Assembly: GCA_017617295.1 (NCBI GenBank)
Contig: JAFZWN010000084.1
Coordinates: 7,142-71,141 of the forward strand
From: Clostridiales bacterium
GTDB lineage: Bacteria; Bacillota; Clostridia; Saccharofermentanales; Saccharofermentanaceae
Direction of reading: 5' to 3'
Length of the DNA stretch: 64,000 bases
This document shows positions 46,527 through 55,123 of this stretch, in pieces (within the stretch, counting starts at the first letter, position 1; the number at the start of each line of letters is the position of its first letter). The notes below the pieces were generated by a model. The model was not told the DNA's origin. It saw only the letters and a program-made list of their open reading frames with translations, and searched no databases. The position numbers and the translations under genes were made by a program.

Positions 46527-47780
46527 TCATCCTTTTCTTGCTGCCTTTTTGAGTTTCCATTCAGGGACCTGATCGTCTGTCGCCTTGAAGTTATAGACCG
46601 GTCTTAAGACCTCGATGATATCGACCGATCCTCTTACGACATCGATGATGTCTTCGAGGGATTTGTATGCCATCGGAGATTCGTCGATCGTGCTCTCGCA
46701 GACCGATGTCGAGTAGATCCCTTCCATCGATCTGATGAAGTCTTCGAGAAGTACCGTGGCCTTGGCTTTTGTCCTCGACATCACTCTTCCCGCGCCGTGG
46801 GGAGCGGAATAGTTCCATTCGGGATTTCCCTTGCCGTACGCCAGGATGGATCCGTCTCTCATGTTGATCGGGATCAGGACTTTTTCCCCTTCGTGTGCCG
46901 CGATGGCACCCTTTCTGAGGATCATCTCGTCCGTATCGATATAGTTATGGACTGTGTGAAAGGATTCTGCTGCTTTAAGTCCGCTCTTATCGAGGATGAT
47001 CTCCGCCATCAGTTCCCTGTTCCTTCTGGCATATCTCTGGCAGATCTTTACATCGTGGAGGTAGTCCTCCATGTAGGTGCCGTAGAGCCAGCAGAGATCT
47101 TCGGGGTAGGCCGCGGACGTCTTCTCATATTCCGCCGCCAATGCCTTCAGAGCGGGCTGGATCTCGGATCTTCTGCCCTGTTCTTTATAGTTCCTGATGA
47201 TCTCTTCTCTTTTTTGGAAGTACTCTTCCTTGCCGCTTTGAAGATCGACCGCGAGAGACTGGTAGATATCGGCCACCTGCTTGCCCAGGTTCCTGCTGCC
47301 GGAGTGGATAACGAGATAGAGTGTCCCGTCTTCCGCTCTGTCGATCTCGATAAAGTGGTTGCCTCCGCCCAGAGTCCCGAGGGATCTGATAAGTCTCCTT
47401 GTATCCTTGAGCTGTCTGAAGCACTTGAGCTCCGAGATATCGAAGTTCTCTTTTCTGCCTTCCCATACGGACTTGCCGGAGGGGATACTGTGGCATACGG
47501 TATCAAAGGCTTCAAGATCGATCTCTTTGACATCAAGCTTAACCGTATACATCCCGCAGCCGATGTCGACACCGACGACGTTAGGGACTACCTTGTCCTT
47601 AACGGTCATCGTGGTGCCGATCGTGCAGCCTGTTCCCGTATGGACATCGGGCATGATCCTTACTTTACATCCTTCCGTGAAGGGCGTATCGAGCATCCCT
47701 TTGATCTGCTCGACCGCTTCGTCTTCACAGACTTTGGCGTAGCATACCGCCTGATTGTATTTTCCTTCAATAGTAAACAT
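46527..47780 (-). CDS. rtcB: RNA 3'-phosphate/2',3'-cyclic-phosphate ligase RtcB
   Basis: 417 aa. Motifs GGGNHFIE, HSGSRNLG and APHGAGR. SD GAGGAG upstream. 18 nt after the SPFH gene. Confidence 0.92.
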   Translation of the reverse strand: MFTIEGKYNQAVCYAKVCEDEAVEQIKGMLDTPFTEGCKVRIMPDVHTGTGCTIGTTMTVKDKVVPNVVGVDIGCGMYTVKLDVKEIDLEAFDTVCHSIPSGKSVWEGRKENFDISELKCFRQLKDTRRLIRSLGTLGGGNHFIEIDRAEDGTLYLVIHSGSRNLGKQVADIYQSLAVDLQSGKEEYFQKREEIIRNYKEQGRRSEIQPALKALAAEYEKTSAAYPEDLCWLYGTYMEDYLHDVKICQRYARRNRELMAEIILDKSGLKAAESFHTVHNYIDTDEMILRKGAIAAHEGEKVLIPINMRDGSILAYGKGNPEWNYSAPHGAGRVMSRTKAKATVLLEDFIRSMEGIYSTSVCESTIDESPMAYKSLEDIIDVVRGSVDIIEVLRPVYNFKATDDQVPEWKLKKAARKG

Positions 47781-47798
47781 TTTCTTTTCTCCTCAGTA

Positions 47799-48902
47799 TT
47801 ATGTCTTTCCGGAAGAGATGAGCTGTGTCAGACGCTCGAGGATATCCCCCGAACCGCCTACGTTGAGGCTTCCGACATTCTCGCAGATCCTCTCCACGTA
47901 TTCGAGCTCCTTGAGCTTATAGAGTGTGGGATTCTCTTCCATGAGCTTTGCCGTGTTAAGAAGCGACCTCGTGGAGGCGACTTCCTCACGTCTTGTTATT
48001 ACGTTGGCCTGAGCCTTTTTCTCGGCTATAAGGACAGTGCTCATTATGTCCCTTACCGCGCCGGGGAGGATGATGTCCCTGACGCCGCAGTCCGTAACTT
48101 CGATATGATATCCGGCGCACTTTTCCTTCATCTTGCCGAAAACAAACTCAGATATACCGTCCTTGTCTTCGAGGATCTGGTCGAGCTTCTGCCTGCCGAC
48201 TATCTCACGGAGAGCCATCTGGGCGACCTGATGCATATAGGCGTTATAATCGGCGAGTGACTCATAAAGAGCCGCGGCGTCGGTTATCCTGTAGTTCAGG
48301 ACGAAGTTGACCCTCAGGGGGACCTTATCGGCCGTGAGTATCTCCTGACCGAGTATGTTCATGGGGATGAGCCTTGTGTCGACGAGCTGTACCTCGACGG
48401 TCTTCTCGGTCCTCCAGAAATAGTGGTCGCCGGGCTGAAGCTCTCTTACGAGCCTGCCGTTTATATAGAGAAGCCCGATCATGAACTTGTCTATGGAATA
48501 GAGCTCGTAGAGGTCGGGATCGATCCTCTCGAAGAGATATCCGGGGAAGTCGGGGGACACTTCTTCCGTGAGGTCGAAAGTATCGAACCCGTTAACTCCG
48601 GCATCCTTTCTGAAAGCGTGCTTTCCGGGCGTACATATGATGCGGTCGAACTTACCGTCGACTGTTCTGATGCAGAGCTGATTATCGAGCAGTTCGATGA
48701 TATCGAAAGCCTCGTTCATGCGTGCATCATGAAGCAGAGTATCTGTAGCGGCTCTCTCCGATACGAGCTCACCCGTGATATCGTGTATCTCTATCTCCTT
48801 TCGTCCCGTGACGAAATATCTGCCGGCATTTACCATCTTTACGAATCTGCCGTCCCTGAACATTAATCCGTACTGTCTTTCGTTAATTACTACTGTTTTC
48901 AT
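47799..48902 (-). CDS. SPFH/band-7 (stomatin/slipin-like) protein with ~170-aa N-terminal extension
   Basis: The C-terminal half is typical SPFH (..LTADKVPLRVNFVLNYRI..ALREIVG..LDQIL..R....V..). GGAGGA lies 7 nt upstream of ATG 48902, and the track ATG 48917 overlaps that SD. Confidence 0.8.
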   Translation of the reverse strand: MKTVVINERQYGLMFRDGRFVKMVNAGRYFVTGRKEIEIHDITGELVSERAATDTLLHDARMNEAFDIIELLDNQLCIRTVDGKFDRIICTPGKHAFRKDAGVNGFDTFDLTEEVSPDFPGYLFERIDPDLYELYSIDKFMIGLLYINGRLVRELQPGDHYFWRTEKTVEVQLVDTRLIPMNILGQEILTADKVPLRVNFVLNYRITDAAALYESLADYNAYMHQVAQMALREIVGRQKLDQILEDKDGISEFVFGKMKEKCAGYHIEVTDCGVRDIILPGAVRDIMSTVLIAEKKAQANVITRREEVASTRSLLNTAKLMEENPTLYKLKELEYVERICENVGSLNVGGSGDILERLTQLISSGKT

Positions 48903-49319
48903 ATATCTTTCCTCCATTAAGAGTTGTTATCTGATAGGGCCTCCCGTACCGGGTAAAGCGGCCGGTATCTTCAGCCTGTACCTCCCGAAGCGGAAACGGT
49001 CACCGTTCTGGCTTACGGTTCGTATCAGGCGGTATCCGTTACCGGACATGTCTTTAAGCGGTACTGCAGTTGCCTGCGCGGGCGGCCTGTTCTTTGATCT
49101 TTACAGATCTGAAACTGAAACCTACGGATTCGAACCGCTTTCTTAACGCTTTTGAGACGTCGTTGATTACCACTTCGTTTCACATACCGTGCTTTTCTGA
49201 AACACCCGCAGAGGAACCTCCCGGAGCAGCGGTGACTTTGACGAATCACCTGCAGGTCTGATCCACGTGCTCATGATAACGGACACGTTTTATGTAATCA
49301 CGGAAAAAAAGTTGCGAGA

Positions 49320-50228
49320 TCAGTTTTCGAAGAGGACAGACTGTTTCCTGATGCGGTCTCTCATGAGATCGATAAATGCATCGGGGGATGTGACCCTTAT
49401 CATCGGACCGAAAGACAGAAGCCGGATAAGAAGCTCCGTCTCGTCGTCCTTGTCATAGCACAGGGTGACTTCGTAAGTGCTCTTTCCGGTCCTCTTGACT
49501 TCCTTCTGAAGGTGCGAGAAATGAAACATCACGCGCTCGAGGGCGTTCCTGGTATCGCGGAGCGTGAAGGTCACCTTTCTGTCGTTTTTATAAGGAGCAG
49601 GCTTGCGCGTGACGGACTCGTCTGTATCGGCAATACTCTTTATGCGGTTGATATTGACTACGCGTGGACCGTCGGCACACATACCGACCGCTCTGAACTT
49701 ATCGTCCTTCTCGGAATATTCCAGCATGTCAGGACGGAAGACTATCCTTCCCGTCCTGCCCCTTCCCGATGATGAGACTATCTCCAGAGTCTTCTTATTC
49801 CTTACCGCATCAAGTACCCGGCGGAAGTTTTCGATATATGAGGGATCGGTAAACGGGTCGCCGTCGGCGTAACTGTCGTAGACATCGTAGTCATCGGAGG
49901 TGAAAAGAGGAGGGACGTCTTCGAGTCCTTCTATGGTCTCTCCGAACAGCATGAATCTCGGATCGAGAGTGACGGATCGAAGCCACATTTTCTGCAATGT
50001 CGTAAGAGGCATCGAGGGCTCTTTGGTGACCGGTGTCGTGCCGTCCTTACGGATCAGCTTATACTCTTCCTCGCGGAACGCTCTTTGTAATGCCAAAGCC
50101 GTCTCGGCGAATCCTTTTGCCTTCGATATCCGCACTATGTCGGATGAAGTCACGGGGCGTCTGACCGCGATCTTCAGAAGATCGGCCACGCAGTTATAGT
50201 ATGCGCCGTAAAGTTCACTGAACAGCAT
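49320..50228 (-). CDS. WYL-domain regulator-like protein (paralogue 2)
   Basis: 302 aa. Starts MLFSELYGAYY. WYL-like strand ..RPDMLEYSEKDDKFRAVGMC....RVVNINRIKSI. WCX-like C-terminus ..YEVTLCYDKDDETELLIRLLSFGPMIRV. 14-nt overlap with paralogue 1. Confidence 0.6.
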   Translation of the reverse strand: MLFSELYGAYYNCVADLLKIAVRRPVTSSDIVRISKAKGFAETALALQRAFREEEYKLIRKDGTTPVTKEPSMPLTTLQKMWLRSVTLDPRFMLFGETIEGLEDVPPLFTSDDYDVYDSYADGDPFTDPSYIENFRRVLDAVRNKKTLEIVSSSGRGRTGRIVFRPDMLEYSEKDDKFRAVGMCADGPRVVNINRIKSIADTDESVTRKPAPYKNDRKVTFTLRDTRNALERVMFHFSHLQKEVKRTGKSTYEVTLCYDKDDETELLIRLLSFGPMIRVTSPDAFIDLMRDRIRKQSVLFEN

Positions 50229-51441
50229 CCGGGCCTCCTTCGTAAAGCGAATACATAGCGGTCAGGTCATCCCTGAACTGCTGCTCTGTCCTTTTGTTAC
50301 TGAAACTGATACGGACGATCCTTCCGATAAAGGTCCTGATCCACGGGATCAGTTCGCTGCAATCATAGACATCCGCTTCGAACCTTGCCAGACCGTCCTC
50401 TATAACGGTCACTTTACCGCAGCGTTTCTCGCGCTGAAGCCTTGCCGGGATATGTTCCTCGAACCTGCCGTAACGCACGTCGAATTCGACATGCTCGATG
50501 TGATCTCCGACGGTCACGCCCCAGATATTCTTTTCCATGCTCTGAAGCTTTTTCCGCGCTCCGGGAAGAAGATCGGTCTGTCCGGTAATACTTATCTTCG
50601 TTATGTGATCGATACGGCACGAGATCATCCTGGCGCGCTTTAATGAGAATGCCAGAAGATGCTGTCTGGCACCCTGTGAACTGATCTTGACCTTAAGTGG
50701 GATCAGTTCTGATGTATTGGTGCCGCCTCTTCTGCTCTCGGTGGTGACTGTCAGAATGCCGTTTTCCCTCATCGCCGTAAAGATAGTAAGCATGACTTCG
50801 CTGTCCATCGTGCCGGTTATATAGTGGTGCTTGAAGCGGAACAGGGGATCGGACGGATCGAGCTTATCCTCGATAAAGGAACCGATGACTCCGCAGGGCA
50901 TGACTTCACTAAAGAACCTCAGAAGATCCTTCGAGGGAAGGGGAGTCTTCGGGCACATCTTATAGTACACGGTACGGCCTTCCCTGCGGCTTACGATAAG
51001 CCCTTCCTGCTCATATTCCCGAAGTTTCTTACGGACTGTGGATTCGTCATAAACACGAGCTTCGCAGAATCCTTCCGAATATCTGTCTATGGAATCGGTT
51101 ATCTGTTTAAGAGTGAGTTCGGAAGCTTCTTCGAGGATATCGAAAAGGATAAAATGCAGCGTGATGTCGCCGTCGGTGAAGCTCTTGGCCTTCCATGATT
51201 TAAACAGGGGATTCGGGCCCTCCTGGCGGCTGTCCATCGAGATGAATACTGTCTTGCCGTCAGAAGTATTCCGGAAAGACATGGACTCCAGAAGCCAGCT
51301 CTCGATCCTTCTTCTGGAATCGTCGTAGCTCCTGGCGCTCTTGTTCGTATATTCGTCCCGGCTCTTGAAGCCGTAGACATAGAACTCGCGCATGTATTCG
51401 CGGATATTATCGTAGTTCTTGATCAGTTCACTGTACGGCAT
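50215..51441 (-). CDS. WYL-domain transcriptional regulator-like protein (paralogue 1)
   Basis: wHTH (LTLKQITDSI). WYL-like ..IPLKVKISSQGARQHLLAFSLKRARMISCRIDHI. WCX-like tail. Start chosen at Met14 (MPYSELIKNY) by analogy with the paralogue. The track ATG is at 51480. Confidence 0.6.
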   Translation of the reverse strand: MPYSELIKNYDNIREYMREFYVYGFKSRDEYTNKSARSYDDSRRRIESWLLESMSFRNTSDGKTVFISMDSRQEGPNPLFKSWKAKSFTDGDITLHFILFDILEEASELTLKQITDSIDRYSEGFCEARVYDESTVRKKLREYEQEGLIVSRREGRTVYYKMCPKTPLPSKDLLRFFSEVMPCGVIGSFIEDKLDPSDPLFRFKHHYITGTMDSEVMLTIFTAMRENGILTVTTESRRGGTNTSELIPLKVKISSQGARQHLLAFSLKRARMISCRIDHITKISITGQTDLLPGARKKLQSMEKNIWGVTVGDHIEHVEFDVRYGRFEEHIPARLQREKRCGKVTVIEDGLARFEADVYDCSELIPWIRTFIGRIVRISFSNKRTEQQFRDDLTAMYSLYEGGPDAVQ

Positions 51442-52258
51442 AGGCTTTCTCGAGGAATCCGGCGACGCTGTCTTCTTCATTGCTCCCGATAACGCCCGTG
51501 GCGGCCTTCTTCGCCTCGGGGAGGGCGTTACTTACCGCATAGGATTCGTCCGCGGCAGCAAACATCGGGAGGTCATTTACCGAGTCTCCGAAAACGACGA
51601 GCCTGTCGAATCCGTATCTCTCCTTGAGCTTCAGAAGGGCTTTGGCCTTGGTGCTGTTACCCGGGCAGATCTCGAGCCAGAATTCCTTGTCGTAGGCGTC
51701 CTTTTGAAATACGCACTCCCATCCGGGATAAGCCTTTACGCGCTCGTAAGCGGGGCGGAGGGCTTCCTCATCGTCGATCAGTGTGAGATACCCGACCTGA
51801 CCGCTGAACATCTCGTCTTTCGTATCCGTGAAGTACATCCTCTTATCGCCCGCGTGATCGTCTATATACTTCTGAAAGCCGGTGACATGGTCACTTTTCA
51901 GACAGACTTTTTCCATACTGTTTCCGACATATCTCGAGACGAATCCGCACTTAGCGGTCTCGGGGAGAAGTTCTCTCAGAAGTGCGACCTCTTCGGAGGT
52001 GAAGAGCGCCTTCTCGAGCATCTCTCCCGTACTGTTGTCGGCCAGTACCGTCCCGTTTCGCGAGATCACGGGGAGCTTCAGCTCGAGACTTCCGCATATC
52101 TCCATCGAGCTCTGTATCGATCTGGCCGTGGCATAGGTAAAGGCCAGACCTTCTCTTACCAGACGGTTTATCGTACTGACGGTGTAATCCGACAGGGTCT
52201 TGTCGTTTCTCATCAGGGTCCCGTCCAGATCCGATACGTAAAGTGTTCTTTTTTCCAT
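51428..52258 (-). CDS. Cof-type HAD-IIB phosphatase
   Basis: 276 aa. Motif I YVSDLDGTLM. Motif IV FGDSVNDLPMF. Confidence 0.85.
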   Translation of the reverse strand: MEKRTLYVSDLDGTLMRNDKTLSDYTVSTINRLVREGLAFTYATARSIQSSMEICGSLELKLPVISRNGTVLADNSTGEMLEKALFTSEEVALLRELLPETAKCGFVSRYVGNSMEKVCLKSDHVTGFQKYIDDHAGDKRMYFTDTKDEMFSGQVGYLTLIDDEEALRPAYERVKAYPGWECVFQKDAYDKEFWLEICPGNSTKAKALLKLKERYGFDRLVVFGDSVNDLPMFAAADESYAVSNALPEAKKAATGVIGSNEEDSVAGFLEKAYAVQ

Positions 52259-52264
52259 GTTTCT

Positions 52265-53149
52265 TTATACTCCCATATCAAAGATACTGATCTGATCGTT
52301 TTTCTCGGGAAGATCGTTCATAAAGGCAAAGCAGTCTTCGGGCTTATACATCAGGCCGCTGCTCCTGCATATATCGCGGAGGAGTGCCGTAAGCTCGCGG
52401 CTGTTCGGCGAAGGTATCTCATAAGCGTAACCGTATGTCCTTATGTATCTGTCCTTAAGGCCCGGGAAATGACGGTCGAGCGCATCGTAGAAATATTCGC
52501 GGTCTCCGTCTCTCAGAGTCAGTCCCATCCCAAAATCGATCACGCCCCTGACGCCCGCATCGACGCAGGCGTTAAGGATCGATCTCACGTTGTCTTCGGT
52601 GTCATTTATGAAGGGAAGGATCGGGGTGAGCCAGGCTATGGTCGGGATGCCCCGCTCTTTCATCTTGTGAAGGACCTCGATCCTTCTTTTTGTGTTACAT
52701 ACATTCGGCTCGAGGATGCTGCACAGATCATCGTCGTATGTGGTGAGCGTCATCTGTACCACGCACTTGGCCTTGCGGTTTATCTCTTCGAGCAGATCGA
52801 TGTCGTGGAGTATGCGGTCGGACTTGGTCTGAAGTGCGACGCCGAAACCGTACTTTTCTATGATCTCGAGGCATTTTCTTGTCAGGCCGAGCTGTTCTTC
52901 GCAGTGCATGTACGGGTCCGACATGGCGCCTGTTCCGATCATGCACTTTTTGCGCTTTGACTTCAGCGCCTTCTCGAGAAGTTCGGGGGCATTTCTTTTG
53001 ACTTCTATATCCTCGAAAGCATGCGTGAACTGATAGCATCTGCTCCTGCTGTCGCAGTAGATACACCCGTGGGTACAGCCGCGGTAGATGTTCATTCCGA
53101 GCCTGCCGCCGCTCCCGTTCAGTATTCCCTTTGCGTCAACAAAATGCAT
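52265..53149 (-). CDS. radical SAM protein, SPL / DNA-photolyase-like (COG1533-type)
   Basis: 294 aa. CxxxCxxC cluster GCTHGCIYC close to the N-terminus. SD GAGGAAG upstream. Confidence 0.75.
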   Translation of the reverse strand: MHFVDAKGILNGSGGRLGMNIYRGCTHGCIYCDSRSRCYQFTHAFEDIEVKRNAPELLEKALKSKRKKCMIGTGAMSDPYMHCEEQLGLTRKCLEIIEKYGFGVALQTKSDRILHDIDLLEEINRKAKCVVQMTLTTYDDDLCSILEPNVCNTKRRIEVLHKMKERGIPTIAWLTPILPFINDTEDNVRSILNACVDAGVRGVIDFGMGLTLRDGDREYFYDALDRHFPGLKDRYIRTYGYAYEIPSPNSRELTALLRDICRSSGLMYKPEDCFAFMNDLPEKNDQISIFDMGV

Positions 53150-53161
53150 ATCTTCCTCTTC

Positions 53162-53623
53162 TCAGTATATCGTCTTCCCGGGGTCGTTGCTGAATGCCTC
53201 GAAAGCCTTTATCGTCTCGTCACGGTCGATACACAGAAGGTCCAGTATGCCGTCCCTGCCGTTTCTGATGTAATCGTATATGAGATCATCGCGGAAGCCT
53301 ATCGCCGCCGCGTCTTCTTTGGTATTCCCGTAATAGACCTTTTTTATGTTGGACCAGATGATCGCCGACAGGCACATGGGGCAGGGGTAGCACGAGGTAT
53401 ATATCTCGCAGCCGCTCAGATCGTGGGAACCGATCCTTCGGCATGCATCCCTAATGGCCGATATCTCGGCATGCGCCGTCGGATCGCAGTTCTTTAATAC
53501 CTGATTGTTTCCTTTTCCTATGACCTTGCCGTCTTTAACGATACACGCACCGAAGGGGCCGCCCTCTCTCGATCTCAGGTTGTCTTCTGCGAGCCTTTTT
53601 GCCGTATTCATGAATTCGTTCAT
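53162..53623 (-). CDS. guaD: guanine deaminase (CDA-fold, GuaD-like)
   Basis: GGPFGA..V....I..G.N, then PTAHAE and CYPCPMC zinc motifs. Colinear with B. subtilis GuaD as I recall it. A TATAAT box lies inside the track's 5' extension, so the start is Met17 at 53623. Confidence 0.75.
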   Translation of the reverse strand: MNEFMNTAKRLAEDNLRSREGGPFGACIVKDGKVIGKGNNQVLKNCDPTAHAEISAIRDACRRIGSHDLSGCEIYTSCYPCPMCLSAIIWSNIKKVYYGNTKEDAAAIGFRDDLIYDYIRNGRDGILDLLCIDRDETIKAFEAFSNDPGKTIY

Positions 53624-53740
53624 ATTCCGATCCCCGTTATTCTTCAAGCTGAAACACATATCATTATACAATAAAGGGAGGAGCTCTGCGTTTTGAAAAT
53701 GTCACTTATCATCGGCAGGCATATATAGTAATATAACTTC

Positions 53741-54301
53741 ATGGCGGATAGTTATTTTCAGAAAACATACGAGGAAGAAGTGGCTAAGATCCCGTTCCTT
53801 TTCAGGTTTACAAGGACAAAGGTGATCGTTCTTATCACCCTTCTTATCATATGGCTCGTTACCGATATCTGTCTCGGAGTTTATATCAAGCAGGATTCCT
53901 ATGATGCCATGACCGTCATCGAAGGACGCGGCATGGCTGTCAGGACGAATTTTGATTCATGGGCAGTCTTTACCGCAGCCAACATCGCCCTCGTACCGAT
54001 CCTTCTGTGGCCGGTGGTCGGCATATGGTTAGACAGGAAAGCTTTCAGGCAGGCATCAAAGCTGACGGCTCTTCATTCCGACTGGGAGAGGATGCAGAAC
54101 AGAAAGGAAGCGAGCCAGATCCGCGAGGAAGTCACAAAGACGACTGAAGCTAATCTGATGAAAAAGCTCGAGAATAAAGCCGAGTTTTGCCCGGTCTGCG
54201 GACTGTTGATACTGCCTGAGGATGGATATTGCCGGACCTGTAATCCGCCGGTCACTGAAGACTCCGGAGATCAGGATACAGAGGAGTTGCCGGATATCTG
54301 A
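53741..54301 (+). CDS. membrane protein with C-terminal zinc ribbon
   Basis: 186 aa. Two TM helices, a coiled region, then CPVC..(10)..CRTC. Confidence 0.55.
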   Translation: MADSYFQKTYEEEVAKIPFLFRFTRTKVIVLITLLIIWLVTDICLGVYIKQDSYDAMTVIEGRGMAVRTNFDSWAVFTAANIALVPILLWPVVGIWLDRKAFRQASKLTALHSDWERMQNRKEASQIREEVTKTTEANLMKKLENKAEFCPVCGLLILPEDGYCRTCNPPVTEDSGDQDTEELPDI

Positions 54302-54334
54302 AGCGGCGCCCCAAGGATCGGTCATGCCGCTCCT

Positions 54335-55096
54335 TCAGTGAGTGCGCAGAGTTGAAGAGACCTCATAAGCGGTATATTCATGAGAGAATTCATATCCGAG
54401 CTTCTCCGCCAGATGCACGGAGATCATATTATGCGCGTCCCAGCTCGGGTAAAGGCCGTTATCCAGACAGTCAAGTATCAGTGCCGCGCTGGCTGCCGAA
54501 GCCAGGCCTTTACATCTCTCGCTCTCGCAAGTATCGACTTCGATCTCGATCCCTTCTTTATATGCGGTATATGACGAAGCTCCCGACACTATCTTTCCGT
54601 CCTTTAAGATCACGATTCCGCGGCCTTTCTTAAGATAGTCTTCCTTGGTTCCGAATGCGGATATAAAATCGGCCGTAACGGGATCCTCAAGACACAGATC
54701 GCAGATACCGGAGTCGATCTTTTTAAGTTCATATCCGGAGGGGATACGATCGACCAGGCTTTTAAGATATGCCGTATCGAACTTCGTGTCTTTCCTGATG
54801 GCATAGCGTGTCCTCTTTATCGAGTCGGGGAAGCATTCTTCTATGAGGGCTGCCCACAAGTCGTTTTGAGGGATCATGATGACGAAGCCTTCGGGCTTTC
54901 TGATGATCAGCTCCTTATCGGGCTTTCCCGCGAGGAAGGCAAAACAGCCGACGAATGCCATCGCGGATCCCGGGTGATCCGTGTCGGTCACATAGATCTT
55001 TCCCATGACTTTCTGAAGGCAGGAATATATAAGGGTCTCTTCCCACCCTTCAAAAAGTGATGCCGCTTTTGCCGTGTCATTAAGCTCATATATCAT
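54335..55096 (-). CDS. GNAT family N-acetyltransferase (two-lobed, ~250 aa type)
   Basis: 253 aa. The C-terminal GNAT core has CKGLASAASAALI and ..S..LAEKLGYEF. Confidence 0.65.
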   Translation of the reverse strand: MIYELNDTAKAASLFEGWEETLIYSCLQKVMGKIYVTDTDHPGSAMAFVGCFAFLAGKPDKELIIRKPEGFVIMIPQNDLWAALIEECFPDSIKRTRYAIRKDTKFDTAYLKSLVDRIPSGYELKKIDSGICDLCLEDPVTADFISAFGTKEDYLKKGRGIVILKDGKIVSGASSYTAYKEGIEIEVDTCESERCKGLASAASAALILDCLDNGLYPSWDAHNMISVHLAEKLGYEFSHEYTAYEVSSTLRTH

Positions 55097-55123
55097 GCAC
55101 AGATTATTATATCAGAATCCGGC

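Noticed and set aside
40499-47780. Treating the 2H phosphoesterase (40499) and rtcB (46527) as one RNA-repair cluster.
   Set aside because: They are 5.5 kb apart on opposite strands, separated by unrelated genes (GNAT, XRE, TetR operon, Na/Pi transporter). There is no operonic or regulatory link visible.
53624-53740. Possible purine riboswitch upstream of the guanine deaminase gene.
   Set aside because: The leader after the TATAAT box is only ~35 nt and lacks the purine-riboswitch three-way junction motifs.
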